IMG/VR virus record: IMGVR_UViG_3300009656_000002
Origin: a virus
Strand: one strand, 5' to 3'
Length of the DNA: 51,248 bases
Positions 16,634-27,113 of this stretch are shown here, piece by piece (the stretch's first letter is position 1; each line of letters opens with the position of its first letter). The notes beneath the pieces were generated by a model. That model was not told the DNA's origin, did no database searches, and saw only the letters and a list, made by a program, of their open reading frames with translations. Both the position numbers and the translations under genes were made by a program.

Positions 16634-17532
16634 CCCTCGCCCTCGCGGAGGCCGCGGCCGAAGCCCTCGTCCGGGTCGAGGTGGCCCGGCGCGAGCTCTT
16701 CCTCGCCCCGCTCCGGTCGCGCATGGCCCGGGTGGCCGGCGTGCACTTCGATAATCAGAAGACCGTCCTGGAGCGAAAACTCCGCGAACGGGGCGCACAC
16801 CTCAACGAGTCCGTCTGTCGCGAGGGGCTCGGGGACGCCGTCGCGGGGCTCATGATCACGATCTTCGACGAGTTCGCGGTCGATACGGCCGACGCCATGC
16901 GCGAGATCCTGATGATGGCCATGGAGGGCGCCATCAAGCACCGGCTCCTCGATTTTGGGTACGCCATGAGCTTCTCCCTTCGCAACCCGGCGGCCCAGAG
17001 ATACCTCAAGACCTACTGTCTCAACGAGATCAAGAAGATCGACGCCACGACCCTGAAGATCATGAAGGGGATCGTCTATCAAGGGCTCTATGAGGGCGCC
17101 TCTTACACGGAGATCGCGGCCCGCATGGTTTCGAGATATGCCGCGTTCGGCACCCCGGTCCCCCAGCATCACCTCCGCAACCGGGCCGAGCTCATCGCCA
17201 CGTACGAGACCGCCACCGCCTACGAGGCCGCGGGCCGCGAGGTCGCGGACACCATCGCGAAGAAGGGGATCCCCATTGAGAAGTCGTCGATCACCGTGGG
17301 AGACGACCGGGTCGACGCTGAATGTCTGGCAAAGGAGGCGCAGAAGTGGATCCCCCTCGACCAACCCTTCACAACCCACCTTCAGAAGGACAACGTCGAG
17401 CACCAGCGCTCTCCTTTCCACATCGCGTGCCGGTGTACTACGATTTACCGGGTGGCAACGAAACGGGCCCGGGAGATGCTCGCCCGGTCCCCGAACCCGG
17501 CACCCGTCGAATTTTACGCTATCATTAAATAG
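16630..17532 (+). CDS. MuF/SPP1 gp7-like head morphogenesis protein
   Basis: RAELIATYET, GDDRV..EC and H..CRC motifs. Confidence 0.8.
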   Translation: MTLALAEAAAEALVRVEVARRELFLAPLRSRMARVAGVHFDNQKTVLERKLRERGAHLNESVCREGLGDAVAGLMITIFDEFAVDTADAMREILMMAMEGAIKHRLLDFGYAMSFSLRNPAAQRYLKTYCLNEIKKIDATTLKIMKGIVYQGLYEGASYTEIAARMVSRYAAFGTPVPQHHLRNRAELIATYETATAYEAAGREVADTIAKKGIPIEKSSITVGDDRVDAECLAKEAQKWIPLDQPFTTHLQKDNVEHQRSPFHIACRCTTIYRVATKRAREMLARSPNPAPVEFYAIIK

Positions 17533-17570
17533 GGAGGGTTGAAATTTTAGCGTAAGGAGGGAAGAGAGAG

Positions 17571-17942
17571 ATGGCAAACGAGTCGGCGATCGCGGTCGTG
17601 GAGGCCGCGCTCAAGAATGGGATGGGGCTCGCGGCGGAGTTCTGCAACGATCCCGAGGGAAACGAGTGGCACGCCATGACCTACGGCTTTACGGCCGGGT
17701 GGACGGCGGACGACCCCGCGCTCAAGTTCGACGTGAACTTAATCCCGGTATGGTATCCCCAGGCCGTGCGGGACGCGATCCTCGGCGAATACCATTATTA
17801 TAACTGGGGGTGGACGATCGGGTGGACCGCGGACTCGGCCCTGGAGCGCCTCGGCGGCTTCCTGAAGGAGCACGCCCTGAAGGTCGGCGCCGGCCTCGCA
17901 CTCATCATCGCCGGGTACGCGAAGACGAAGGGGTGGCTCTGA
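17571..17942 (+). CDS. Membrane-anchored hypothetical protein
   Basis: C-terminal hydrophobic segment VGAGLALIIAGY. Confidence 0.65.
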   Translation: MANESAIAVVEAALKNGMGLAAEFCNDPEGNEWHAMTYGFTAGWTADDPALKFDVNLIPVWYPQAVRDAILGEYHYYNWGWTIGWTADSALERLGGFLKEHALKVGAGLALIIAGYAKTKGWL

Positions 17943-18079
17943 TGGCCGCCGACGACTGGCCCGGGTGGCCGTGGGAGAAGCACCTGGCCCGGGGCCAACC
18001 GACGATCACCCGGCGCGCGGACATGCCTCCCGACGAGCCCGACCCGGACCTCCCCTTCGTTGGGCTCTCGGACTGACCC

Positions 18080-18472
18080 ATGACGCACGAGCTTGACCCA
18101 GCCGGGTACCGATGGCTTCGGGCCCGGGTCGCCGAACGCTGGCGCTATCTCGCCGTCTACGACGTCGATATGAACGAGGTCGCCCGGCTCGACACCCAGG
18201 CGGACCCCCGGGTCACGGTCACGGTGAACGACGCGACCGCGGAGGTCGAGTACGAGGCCCGGCTCCGGGGGACCGACCCCGAGCTCGCCGGCCTCCTCCC
18301 CGTCCGGCTCGGGGCCACGCGCCTCTTCCCAACGGCCGACGGGGACGACGGGCGATCGCGCGTCTCCTATGCCGGGGTCGTGATCGAGACCACGGCCGAG
18401 TCCAAGACCCTCCGCCATACGGTGCACGTCCCGGCGGCGCTCCTCCAAGAGGTTTATGTGAATGGTTCGTGA
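18080..18472 (+). CDS. Hypothetical (probable structural) protein
   Basis: Beta-rich ORF overlapping the adhesin gene. Confidence 0.55.
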   Translation: MTHELDPAGYRWLRARVAERWRYLAVYDVDMNEVARLDTQADPRVTVTVNDATAEVEYEARLRGTDPELAGLLPVRLGATRLFPTADGDDGRSRVSYAGVVIETTAESKTLRHTVHVPAALLQEVYVNGS

Positions 18473-20801
18473 AATGCTCCCGCCGGCCGAATTTTCGCCC
18501 GACGCCTATCTGACCCAGCCCCTCGCCATCGGCGAAGTGGCCGAGATGCACCTGACGACGACCGCCTGGCTTCCGCCCGCGCCGAACGTCTGCATCATCA
18601 ACGACGCCGGCAAATACGAGATTGTTCGATATGAGTCGATGGACGCGACCTCGCTCTACACCCTGACGCGGGGCGTCTCGCTCAACGGGGCCCTCGGGGC
18701 CCCGGTCGCGCACGACGCGGGGATCGCCGTCTACCGGGGCGATTGCGCCCTCGACGACATCGCCTTCGCCGAGAACATCCGGTATCTGATGGAGAAACAG
18801 GTGATCGGCGTCCGGTGGGACCGGGGGGCCGGCGGCACGAACCACACCGACCTCGTCCTGATCGACGACAAGGGGAACGCGATCCCCTCGCTCCCGTTCG
18901 ATAGTTTTGATAACCACATGCTCTGGGGCAACATCCGGCGGGTCACGGTCTCGGCGAACGGGGCCGTCACGCGCGGGACGAACGCCCGCGGGGACGGGCT
19001 CACGCTCGACGGGAGCGCGGGGCGCGTCATGGTGGAGATCCCGAAGTTCTGGGTCCGCGCCGAACGCACGGCGACCGGGGTCTATAGCTGGTGGGTCTCG
19101 TCCGTCCCCCAGTCGGGCTTCGAGGTCCACCCGGCCTTCCGCCAGCGCGGCGGGGTCGAGCGGGACTTCATCTATGTGGGGGCCTACGAGGCAGCGCTCG
19201 CCTATCGCGACTACCCGGCCCACGCCTCGACCGTCCTGGCCCTCCATTCATTCTCCGGCGCCCAACCGGCCACGGGCAATGGGTCGATCCGGGCGCTCGC
19301 CTTCACGTCCGGAGGGCCGAGCGCGCCAACCGTCGGCGAGACCCTGACGGGCGCGACCTCGGCCGTGACCGCGGTCCTCGTCGACTACAACCTCACGTCG
19401 GGGACGTGGGCCGGCGGAGACGCGGCCGGCACGCTCATCCTCCGCCAGGTCTCGGGCACGTTCGGGAGCGAGAACCTGAACGGCTCGGCCTCGGGCGCGA
19501 ACTGCATGACGGTCGGCGGGGCCGCGGTCGGGCTCTACCTCGACGAGGACGACGCCCGCGGGTACGCGGACGCCATCGGGCCCGGGTGGGGCCTGGAAAA
19601 CATCTGGACCAACCGGGCCTGGCACCTCCTGATGGCGATCGAGTATCAGACCTGGGATCTCCAGACTGCGCTCGGTCGCGGGGTGGTCGACCTCGCGGCC
19701 GGGACCGGGTACGCCGGCCGGCTCACGGGCTACGGCGGGGCGGACGCGGCGATCGCGACCAACGGCACCGGGAAGGGGGCCGGGGTCGATGGCGAGGCGG
19801 CGATCGTCTGGCGGGGGATCGAAAACCCCTGGGGGAACGTCTCGACATACGTCGACGGGCTCCAGGCGGACGCGTACGCGAACGCCTATATCGTCCCGCG
19901 CGAAGGAACGGTCGCGCTCACGACCGGCGACGCCAGGCCGTTCGAGCTCCCCGCGTCCAAGCTTCCCCATGATGACGGGCATGTCTCGGACCTCCTCTTC
20001 GAGGGGCTCACCCGGCTCCTCCTCCTCCCGGGGTCGGTGACCGGGGGGTCGGCCTCGACCTATTGCTGTGACAGGTTCCTCGCGCCGGCCGCGGTGAGTG
20101 GCGCGGCCGTCGGGGGCTCGTGGGCCTCCGGCGACGACGCCGGGCTCATGGCGATGGATTGCGACCTCCCGGCATCGGTCGGCGAGCGCACCCTCGGGGC
20201 CCGGCTGGAGTTCATCGGGCCCGAGCCCATGTCGGCGGGGTCGGTCCTGGTGTCCACGGCCAACGACGACGCGACCCTCTTTCCCCCGCCCGTGACGGGC
20301 ACGGCGACCCCGACGGCGCCGTATGCGGCATGGTCGGACGCGAGCTCGGGGACGATCGCGTGGGACGCGCCCCAGAAGGTGCTCCACCAGGACGGCGGGT
20401 ATTGCCGGGCCGCGGCCGGCGCCGGGGAGACCAACCTCCTGAAGGTCCAGGGCTTCCGGTTCAACATCCCGGGCACGGCCAAGATCACAGGGATTCAGGT
20501 GATCGTCTATTGCAAGGCCACGGCGAAGGACGTCGGGACGAACGTCGTGGACGATGCCGTCCTCAAGCTCATCAAGGCCGACGGGTCGCTCTCGGCGTCG
20601 AACTTCGCCGACGCCGGGAACTGGTGGGAGGTCACGGCCGAACCCATGAGCCACGGGGGCACGAACTCCAAGTGGGGCGAGACGTGGACGCCGGCCGACA
20701 TCAACTCGGGGGAGTTCGGGGTGGCCCTCGCGGTGACCCAGGCCGGGACGGCGATCGCCATGGTGGACTTCATCGGCGTGCGGGTCTATTACTCAGTCTG
20801 A
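18462..20801 (+). CDS. Fibre/adhesin with CLec (FGE-sulfatase-like) fold and C-terminal jelly-roll domain
   Basis: VMVEIPKFW, HPAF, YVGAYEA, GIENPWGNV and GGSW...G...GARL motifs. Confidence 0.65.
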   Translation: MVREMLPPAEFSPDAYLTQPLAIGEVAEMHLTTTAWLPPAPNVCIINDAGKYEIVRYESMDATSLYTLTRGVSLNGALGAPVAHDAGIAVYRGDCALDDIAFAENIRYLMEKQVIGVRWDRGAGGTNHTDLVLIDDKGNAIPSLPFDSFDNHMLWGNIRRVTVSANGAVTRGTNARGDGLTLDGSAGRVMVEIPKFWVRAERTATGVYSWWVSSVPQSGFEVHPAFRQRGGVERDFIYVGAYEAALAYRDYPAHASTVLALHSFSGAQPATGNGSIRALAFTSGGPSAPTVGETLTGATSAVTAVLVDYNLTSGTWAGGDAAGTLILRQVSGTFGSENLNGSASGANCMTVGGAAVGLYLDEDDARGYADAIGPGWGLENIWTNRAWHLLMAIEYQTWDLQTALGRGVVDLAAGTGYAGRLTGYGGADAAIATNGTGKGAGVDGEAAIVWRGIENPWGNVSTYVDGLQADAYANAYIVPREGTVALTTGDARPFELPASKLPHDDGHVSDLLFEGLTRLLLLPGSVTGGSASTYCCDRFLAPAAVSGAAVGGSWASGDDAGLMAMDCDLPASVGERTLGARLEFIGPEPMSAGSVLVSTANDDATLFPPPVTGTATPTAPYAAWSDASSGTIAWDAPQKVLHQDGGYCRAAAGAGETNLLKVQGFRFNIPGTAKITGIQVIVYCKATAKDVGTNVVDDAVLKLIKADGSLSASNFADAGNWWEVTAEPMSHGGTNSKWGETWTPADINSGEFGVALAVTQAGTAIAMVDFIGVRVYYSV

Positions 20802-20839
20802 GGGGCCCTTCCGGGCCCGCCACCCCCCTTAGATTTTAC

Positions 20840-20877
20840 AATAGTTTTAAGTCGGGTAACCAGAGAGACTTCCTCGG
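20840..20877 (+). promoter_or_regulatory. TATA-like promoter for the head operon
   Basis: AT-rich TAGTTTTAAG about 27-30 bp upstream of ATG 20878. Confidence 0.5.
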
Positions 20878-21894
20878 ATGAAATCGCCAGGTGGTGACGG
20901 CCCGGGAGTCCTGATTCAGGAGGACTTTCAGCCCCTCGTCGAAGCCGAGATCGCGGCGGACGGAACCATCCCTGTCTGCGTGATTAAAGCCGGCTGGTCG
21001 AAGAACAAGCGCTATTATTCAGAGAGCGTTCTGACGCGCGCGGCCTCCATCTACCGGAAGGGGACGCACATGCTCTGGAACCACCCCGGGCCGAACGCAT
21101 TACGCGAACAACCCGGCGGCGACTTGAACGCGATCGCGTCTGTTCTGAGTGAAGAAGCGCACTTCGACCCCGTCGGCCCGATCAATCCGAAGACGGGAAA
21201 ACCCAACGGAGCGGGCCTCTATGCCCGGGCCCGGTTGATCTCCACGTATCGCGACCGTATCCTGGAGCTCGCCGAGACCATCGGCCTCTCGCACCGCGTC
21301 CGCGGCCGGGAGGTCGCCGGGACGGCCGAGGGGAGGACGGGGAAGATCGTCGAGGAGATCTACGACCCGGCGAAGTACGGGCTCCCGCCCGTGACCGTCG
21401 ACTGGGTCGCGAGGCCCGCCGCGGGCGGGTCGGTCCTCGTCGAAGAGGAGGAGATGCACATGGTAGACGAAGAGATCACGAACTTTGAGGAGGCGATCGC
21501 CGAGCGCGACGCCCGGATCACGACCCTGGAGGAGGCTCACGCCGCCGCCGAGGCCACGATCGCCGAGCACATGACCACGATCGCCGGCTTCCGCGCGCGG
21601 GAGATCCTCGCCGAGAGCATCGCCGCCGCGAAGCTCGACGAGGCCGTGGAGGCCCGCGTCCGCGCCCTCGTTGCGGGGACGGCCCTGCCGATGACCGACG
21701 ACCACGCCCTCGACGAGGCCGCCTATACGGCCGCCGTCTCGGAGACCATCGAGGCCGAGAAGAGCTACGCCGCGACCATCGCGGAGGCCGCACGCGCCGC
21801 GCCCGTCGGCGTCCCCGGCGGGTCCGGGTCGACCGGCGCCGTCAGCGACTTCCTGGACCGCACCGGCGGGATCCGGGCCCCGCGGAGGGGATAG
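20878..21894 (+). CDS. Prohead protease/scaffold
   Basis: WNHP and IGLS motifs, VDWVARPAAGG; Ala/Glu coiled-coil C-terminus; upstream of capsid genes. Confidence 0.75.
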   Translation: MKSPGGDGPGVLIQEDFQPLVEAEIAADGTIPVCVIKAGWSKNKRYYSESVLTRAASIYRKGTHMLWNHPGPNALREQPGGDLNAIASVLSEEAHFDPVGPINPKTGKPNGAGLYARARLISTYRDRILELAETIGLSHRVRGREVAGTAEGRTGKIVEEIYDPAKYGLPPVTVDWVARPAAGGSVLVEEEEMHMVDEEITNFEEAIAERDARITTLEEAHAAAEATIAEHMTTIAGFRAREILAESIAAAKLDEAVEARVRALVAGTALPMTDDHALDEAAYTAAVSETIEAEKSYAATIAEAARAAPVGVPGGSGSTGAVSDFLDRTGGIRAPRRG

Positions 21895-21900
21895 AGCACC

Positions 21901-22527
21901 ATGACCGACAACCGATCCAACATCGCCGGGTCGTATCCCTCGACCGGCGTAAAACAGACGTGCGCCCTGATGGAAGGGGCGCCGACCGTCGGAACCGCCT
22001 ACGGCACCGACGGCCTGAAGAGCCCGACGATCACCTGGGCCGAGGAGCTCCACGAGGGCGACATCGTCACGATCGCGAACGATAACGACTTCACCTTCGC
22101 CGCGCTCGACGGCATCCCGGCTGTCGAGGCGCCCCAGAACACGGAGAGCCTTCCGTGGGGCCGGATCACCTCGACCCCGACCATCCCGGTCAACTCCCCG
22201 CCGACCACGGCCGCGGCCGACTCGCTCGCCAAGCGCCTTGCGGGGAAGTACTACCGGCGGGCGATCGTCGAGTTCCCGTATCTCAACCAGATCGTGAAGG
22301 CCGAGGTCTACCAGAACGGCTCGAACGCCACGATCATCGGCGTGGGCGCGACCCTCAACGGGAATATCACCGCCACGCTTCGCGAGCACAAGCTCTGCCT
22401 CACCCAGGCCGCGGCCAACGGGACGGGCGTGATCCCGCTCCACTACGTCGCCGCGGGCCAGGCCGGCGACCTCTCAAACATCCTCGTCGCCGTCACGGGT
22501 GCGATCTACTGGGTCACGGGGGCATGA
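21901..22527 (+). CDS. Head decoration/cement protein (putative)
   Basis: Position between protease and MCP; Gly/Ala/Thr beta-rich. Confidence 0.5.
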   Translation: MTDNRSNIAGSYPSTGVKQTCALMEGAPTVGTAYGTDGLKSPTITWAEELHEGDIVTIANDNDFTFAALDGIPAVEAPQNTESLPWGRITSTPTIPVNSPPTTAAADSLAKRLAGKYYRRAIVEFPYLNQIVKAEVYQNGSNATIIGVGATLNGNITATLREHKLCLTQAAANGTGVIPLHYVAAGQAGDLSNILVAVTGAIYWVTGA

Positions 22528-22530
22528 ATC

Positions 22531-23496
22531 ATGGTAAGCGGAACTACTGACAGATACCTGAAGTCCGACGTCGCCCTCCCGGTCCTCTACCGGATCATGG
22601 AGCCGCGCCTCGCAATGTTAGACCTCATCCCGTTCGTCAAGGAGAAGACGGACCACTTCGTCTTCATGCGCGACGCCACAATGAGCGCGGACGCGAAGAA
22701 GGAGACCCCGGCCCCGTTCGAGGACGGCGCCTTCCTGCCGGAGATCGACCGGAGCCGGAAGACCACGGTCGCCGACATCACGAGCGCCAAGGGCTTCTCG
22801 ATCCGCCTCTCGCGGGCCCTCATCCGGGACGAGTCCCGGGCCGAGCCCGAGCTCCGCGCCGCGTACGAGCGCGCCGGCTTCTGGATGGCGGAGGCCCTCA
22901 ATGCCTCCATGCTCGCGGCCATGACGGCCGGCGCGACCACGTCGTTCACGTACTTCAACCCGACCGTCGCGTGGTCGGACGGGGAATGTGTCCCGCTCGA
23001 AGACCTCCTGGCCCTCGGCCAGGACATGGACCGGGACGGGTACGAGTACAAGCTCACGGACGCCTACGTGCTCAAGCCGTGCTGGAACGAGCTGAATAGC
23101 TATCTCTTCAGCCTCGACGTCCAGGGCGTCACCCGGGAGATGTACGGCCGGCCCGAACGCCCGAACCGCGACACGATCCGGATCCCCGCGCTCGACCTCG
23201 ACGTGCACAAGCTCCAGGCCAGTTCCGGCTTCGCCGACGGCTACGTGCTCGGCGTCGACAGCGAGCACCCGGGCGCCGAATACCACTACTACGTAGATCC
23301 GAAATACGGGTCGGCGTCGGTCTCCTACCCGACGATCGAGAACGGGACGCGGGTCGAGAAGACGGTCCCGAACTTCGGGATCCACTTCAAGCAGTTCGAG
23401 GAGGACGGGAGCCACGACACGATCCTTCAGTTCTGGTACGAAGGGAAGACCGCGGTGCGCGAACCGTACGCGCTCCTCTACGGTAGCGGGATCTGA
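22531..23496 (+). CDS. Major capsid protein (HK97 fold)
   Basis: 321 aa, canonical position; GAFLPEI, KGFSIRLSRALI, AEALNASML pattern. Confidence 0.8.
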   Translation: MVSGTTDRYLKSDVALPVLYRIMEPRLAMLDLIPFVKEKTDHFVFMRDATMSADAKKETPAPFEDGAFLPEIDRSRKTTVADITSAKGFSIRLSRALIRDESRAEPELRAAYERAGFWMAEALNASMLAAMTAGATTSFTYFNPTVAWSDGECVPLEDLLALGQDMDRDGYEYKLTDAYVLKPCWNELNSYLFSLDVQGVTREMYGRPERPNRDTIRIPALDLDVHKLQASSGFADGYVLGVDSEHPGAEYHYYVDPKYGSASVSYPTIENGTRVEKTVPNFGIHFKQFEEDGSHDTILQFWYEGKTAVREPYALLYGSGI

Positions 23497-23506
23497 GGTG
23501 TAGGCG

Positions 23507-24331
23507 ATGGCATACACCGCCCCAACCAGAAAAGAGTTCCGGAGCCGGAAGGGCAAGATCCCCGACAAGACCGCGGACGAGTTCAAGAAGATCGACGACG
23601 AGCTCGCCGCGGTCCAGGCCGGCGCCCTCCTCGTCGACGAGGCGAAGATCATCGTCGGCGACGCGACCGGGACCGGCGTGGGTGTCGCCATGTCCGGCGA
23701 CGCCACGATCGCCGCCACGGGTGCGGTCACGATCGCGGCCGAAGCGGTCACGCTCGCGAAGATGGCCGACCTTGCCCAGGGCTCGCTCATCGTCGGCGCC
23801 ACGGCCGGCAACCGGCCCACCGCGCTCGACGCGAAGACCGCCGGCCAGATCCTCGTCGGCGACGGGACGGACCTGGCGAGCGTCCCGGTCTCCGGTGACG
23901 CCACGCTCGCCGCGACGGGCGCCCTGACGGTCGCGGACAACGCGATCACGAACGCGAAGATCGCCCCGGCCTTCCTCCAGCGCGCGAAGGTCGCGCTCAC
24001 CCCCGGGGTCGCCGATGAATGGGCCTTCAGCTTCCAGAACCCGGAGGCGACGAAGATCATCGTCTTCAAGGGCATGATCCGGATCACGGCCGGCGGTGGG
24101 ACGCCTCTCGCCGTTATGAACGTCGGGACCGGGGACGAGGCGACGAGCGCGAATAACAACCTCTGGAACGAGCTCGACATCACGACCCCGGGCATCTTCC
24201 AGACGACGTGCGACAAGGTCTTCGTGCTCGACGAGAAGGGCGGCACGACGGACTTCATCAACGGCCAGATCAAGACCCAGAACGCCGAGGCCCTCGCGGG
24301 CGACGCCTACTTCTGGTACACGGCGATCTGA
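23507..24331 (+). CDS. Minor head/fibre-like structural protein
   Basis: Repeated I.VGD.T......SGDAT.AATGA.T units. Confidence 0.55.
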   Translation: MAYTAPTRKEFRSRKGKIPDKTADEFKKIDDELAAVQAGALLVDEAKIIVGDATGTGVGVAMSGDATIAATGAVTIAAEAVTLAKMADLAQGSLIVGATAGNRPTALDAKTAGQILVGDGTDLASVPVSGDATLAATGALTVADNAITNAKIAPAFLQRAKVALTPGVADEWAFSFQNPEATKIIVFKGMIRITAGGGTPLAVMNVGTGDEATSANNNLWNELDITTPGIFQTTCDKVFVLDEKGGTTDFINGQIKTQNAEALAGDAYFWYTAI

Positions 24332-24343
24332 GGGGGTCTGGCC

Positions 24344-24715
24344 GTGGTCTACACGTACACCCTGACGAACGACATCGGAAAGGTGCGGTTGCTCGTCCCC
24401 GACCGCGTCCAAACGGGCGCCGCGTTTACGGACGAGGAGATCACGGCCCTCCTGGCCCTCGAAGGCGGGGACGTCTACGGGGGCGCCGCGGCCGCGTGCG
24501 ACGTGCTCGCGAACGACGAGGCGCTCGCTGGGAAAGTGATCTCGGCGAACGGCGTCTCGACGAACGGGGTCGCCGTCGGCCAATACTTCAGCGCGAAGGC
24601 CGAGAAATACCGGGCCCGGATCGGGTCGGCCGGCACGGCGGGCGGTGAATGGGTCGGGGTCGCTTCGGCGGCCGTGGACCAATTCACCGACACGCAGATC
24701 GGAGGCACCGACTGA
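24344..24715 (+). CDS. Head-tail adaptor (gp15-like)
   Basis: IGKVRLLVPD...FTDEEITALL motif. Confidence 0.75.
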   Translation: MVYTYTLTNDIGKVRLLVPDRVQTGAAFTDEEITALLALEGGDVYGGAAAACDVLANDEALAGKVISANGVSTNGVAVGQYFSAKAEKYRARIGSAGTAGGEWVGVASAAVDQFTDTQIGGTD

Positions 24716-25086
24716 TGGCCTCCTCGCGTCCCCTCATCCCGTCCAACTGGCTCACCGTCGGGCTCGCCGGCCGGTGGCATACGACCGTCGCGCTCCAGGA
24801 GCCGACCGAGACCGTGAACGAGCACGGGGACGTCTCGACATCGTTCAAGACCGTCACGGGATGCTCCGCGGTCGACGCGATCGTCCGGCACGAGGGCACG
24901 GTCGAGGTCGAGAAGGACGGCGTTATGGTCCAGGTCTCGACCTACAACGTGATCCTCAAGGGGTATTACCCGGCCGTCACGGACAAGCACCGGGTCGTCT
25001 ACCAGAGCCGGAACCACGGGGTCGTCGCGTACGACTCGCCCCCGGGCTCGCCGTTCACGCACCTGGTTATGCGCGAGGTCGTCTGA
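24715..25086 (+). CDS. Head closure/stopper (gp16-like)
   Basis: Position and beta-barrel pattern (VALQEP..NEHG, KHRVVY..HGVV). Confidence 0.7.
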   Translation: MASSRPLIPSNWLTVGLAGRWHTTVALQEPTETVNEHGDVSTSFKTVTGCSAVDAIVRHEGTVEVEKDGVMVQVSTYNVILKGYYPAVTDKHRVVYQSRNHGVVAYDSPPGSPFTHLVMREVV

Positions 25087-25373
25087 TGCCCGACGACGCC
25101 GCCGAGGAGCTCACCGACACCACGCCGGTCACGCACGCCGAGTGCTACCACCACCGGACCCTCATCAACAATCGATTCTCGACCATCGAGGGGGTGATCG
25201 AGACCCTGACCAAGCAGATCGACGCCGTCTACAAGAAGGTCGATAGCACCGACAAGAAGGTTAACGCCCTGACTGACAAGCTCGACCGCGGGGTATGGAT
25301 CCTCGTCTTGATCCTCATCGGGATACTCCTGGGGCGGGGTCTCGACGTCGCGGCCGTGATCGGGGGGCTCTGA
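25086..25373 (+). CDS. Coiled-coil plus single TM protein (holin-like candidate)
   Basis: Heptad region followed by VWILVLILIGILLG. Confidence 0.55.
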   Translation: MPDDAAEELTDTTPVTHAECYHHRTLINNRFSTIEGVIETLTKQIDAVYKKVDSTDKKVNALTDKLDRGVWILVLILIGILLGRGLDVAAVIGGL

Positions 25374-25380
25374 GCGTCCC

Positions 25381-25905
25381 ATGTCCGGCTTCACGATCTC
25401 GCTGGTGGCGAAGGGCGACGGGGCGACCCTCGATCGCATCTACGACGCTCTCGTACGTGAGGCCGAGACGATCGCGTGCGCCGGCGCGCTTCCGATCGCG
25501 AACTATGCCAAGATCATCGTGCGGAAGAAGACCGGGACGCTCGCGAGGTCGATCCACATCGGCGGGCACGCGGACCTCACGCCGGACACCCGGCTTAACG
25601 CGGACCTCTTCGAGTACGGCGAGATCGCCATGCCGGAGCGCTCCGCGACCGGGGCCGCGGTCTTCGTCGGGACGAACCTCAATTACGCCCCCATTATCGA
25701 GTTCGGCGGGGCCGGGCGGATCTCGGCCGCCGCGAAGGTCGCGCTCCACAAGTACGGCGGGGGCCAGATAACGGGCAACTTCCGCCCGGCGTATCCCTTC
25801 CTCCGGCCGGCCTTCGAGTCCGGCGCCGTCCGGGAGGAGTCCCGGGAGGCCGTCGTGCTCTCGGCCCAGATCATCACCCAGCACGCGCTCGCCGGAGGGG
25901 CCTGA
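25381..25905 (+). CDS. HK97 gp10-like neck/tail completion protein
   Basis: KTGTLARSI, VGTNLNYAPIIEFG and PFLRPAF motifs. Confidence 0.85.
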   Translation: MSGFTISLVAKGDGATLDRIYDALVREAETIACAGALPIANYAKIIVRKKTGTLARSIHIGGHADLTPDTRLNADLFEYGEIAMPERSATGAAVFVGTNLNYAPIIEFGGAGRISAAAKVALHKYGGGQITGNFRPAYPFLRPAFESGAVREESREAVVLSAQIITQHALAGGA

Positions 25906-26279
25906 TGGTCTCGACCGACTGGAGAGCGCTCCTCGTCACCTGGCTCAAGGACAACGTCACGACGAACGTCTACCACCTGGTGCCGCCGGGCTCGCCCGCG
26001 AAGCCGTTCCTGGTGTACCAGGTGATCGCCGACCCCGAGATCTGGGGCCACCACGGGCCCGCGCTCGTCCAACTCTCCGCCTATGCGACCACGTCCGACG
26101 GCGCGTTAGCCGTCCGCAACGCGATCCGTTCCGCGGTGGAGGACCGCGGGACGGGGATCGTGTCCGCGACCGACCGGATCGAGGCGATCACGCTCGCCGA
26201 CGACCGGGAGGACCACGACACGGTCTTCGGCTATCGCCAGGACCAGGACGTCCACGTCCTCCACGTTAAGAAGAGGTAA
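25905..26279 (+). CDS. Tail terminator (gp17/DUF3168-like)
   Basis: PFLVY, VQLSAYA and AVRNAIR patterns; position. Confidence 0.75.
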   Translation: MVSTDWRALLVTWLKDNVTTNVYHLVPPGSPAKPFLVYQVIADPEIWGHHGPALVQLSAYATTSDGALAVRNAIRSAVEDRGTGIVSATDRIEAITLADDREDHDTVFGYRQDQDVHVLHVKKR

Positions 26280-26284
26280 CCACC

Positions 26285-27112
26285 ATGGCACAGACCACTG
26301 TTCAGAATGACAACGCGATCCTTTTCGGGTCGGCAAAAATCGAGATCGCCCCCTACACGACGGGCGTGTATTCCAACATCGGCGCCGCCGACGGCATCAA
26401 ATTCAACTTCAAGCCCAAATTTGAAGTAATTGAATTTGATAACACGGAGGTCTGGAAGAAGTACGCGAACGCCGACGAGGCCACCATCTCCGGCACCTGG
26501 TACGAGCTCTCCGCCGAGAACATCAAAAAAGTCTTGGGCGGCATGGCGAACCTCGGCACGGTCACGACCGACCCGGTCGCCGTCACGAACGAGGCGATCA
26601 CCCTGACGGGCGTGGTCTCCCAGCGCCTCGCGCACAAGAACGGCGACGGGACCGAGGTCGCGACCATCACGGTCAGGTCGGAGTCCGGCGGGGGCACGAC
26701 CTACACCCGGGCCGCGGTCGGCTCGTCGTCGTCTGACTACGCGATCGCCGTCGACGGTGACGGGTACACCACGATCGTCCGGATGGCCGACTCGGACATC
26801 GCCACGGGCGCGACCGTCTTCGTGAACTACACCTACACCCCGGCGGCATCGAAGACGATCGACGTCGGCGGGATCACGGCGCTCGACTTCCTGAAGATCC
26901 GCCTCACCAACACCCGGCCGAGCGACACCAAACAGTTCATCGTCGTGTGCCACAAGGCAACGATCGAAGGGGATCTCTCGTGGACGTACGGGAAGGACGG
27001 CAACCTGAAACCCCTGGGGAGCCCGTTCGCGTTCAAGGCCATCAAGGACACGACCCTCGCGTCCGGGTACCAGCTCTTCCAGATCAAGGACGAACAGTCG
27101 GTGGTGTGGTGA
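26285..27112 (+). CDS. Major tail tube protein
   Basis: ILFGSAKIE N-terminus; ISGTWYE; position before chaperone and TMP. Confidence 0.8.
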   Translation: MAQTTVQNDNAILFGSAKIEIAPYTTGVYSNIGAADGIKFNFKPKFEVIEFDNTEVWKKYANADEATISGTWYELSAENIKKVLGGMANLGTVTTDPVAVTNEAITLTGVVSQRLAHKNGDGTEVATITVRSESGGGTTYTRAAVGSSSSDYAIAVDGDGYTTIVRMADSDIATGATVFVNYTYTPAASKTIDVGGITALDFLKIRLTNTRPSDTKQFIVVCHKATIEGDLSWTYGKDGNLKPLGSPFAFKAIKDTTLASGYQLFQIKDEQSVVW

Positions 27113-27113
27113 T

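Noticed and set aside
19900-20220. Active diversity-generating retroelement
   Set aside because: No reverse transcriptase, Avd or template-repeat copy seen
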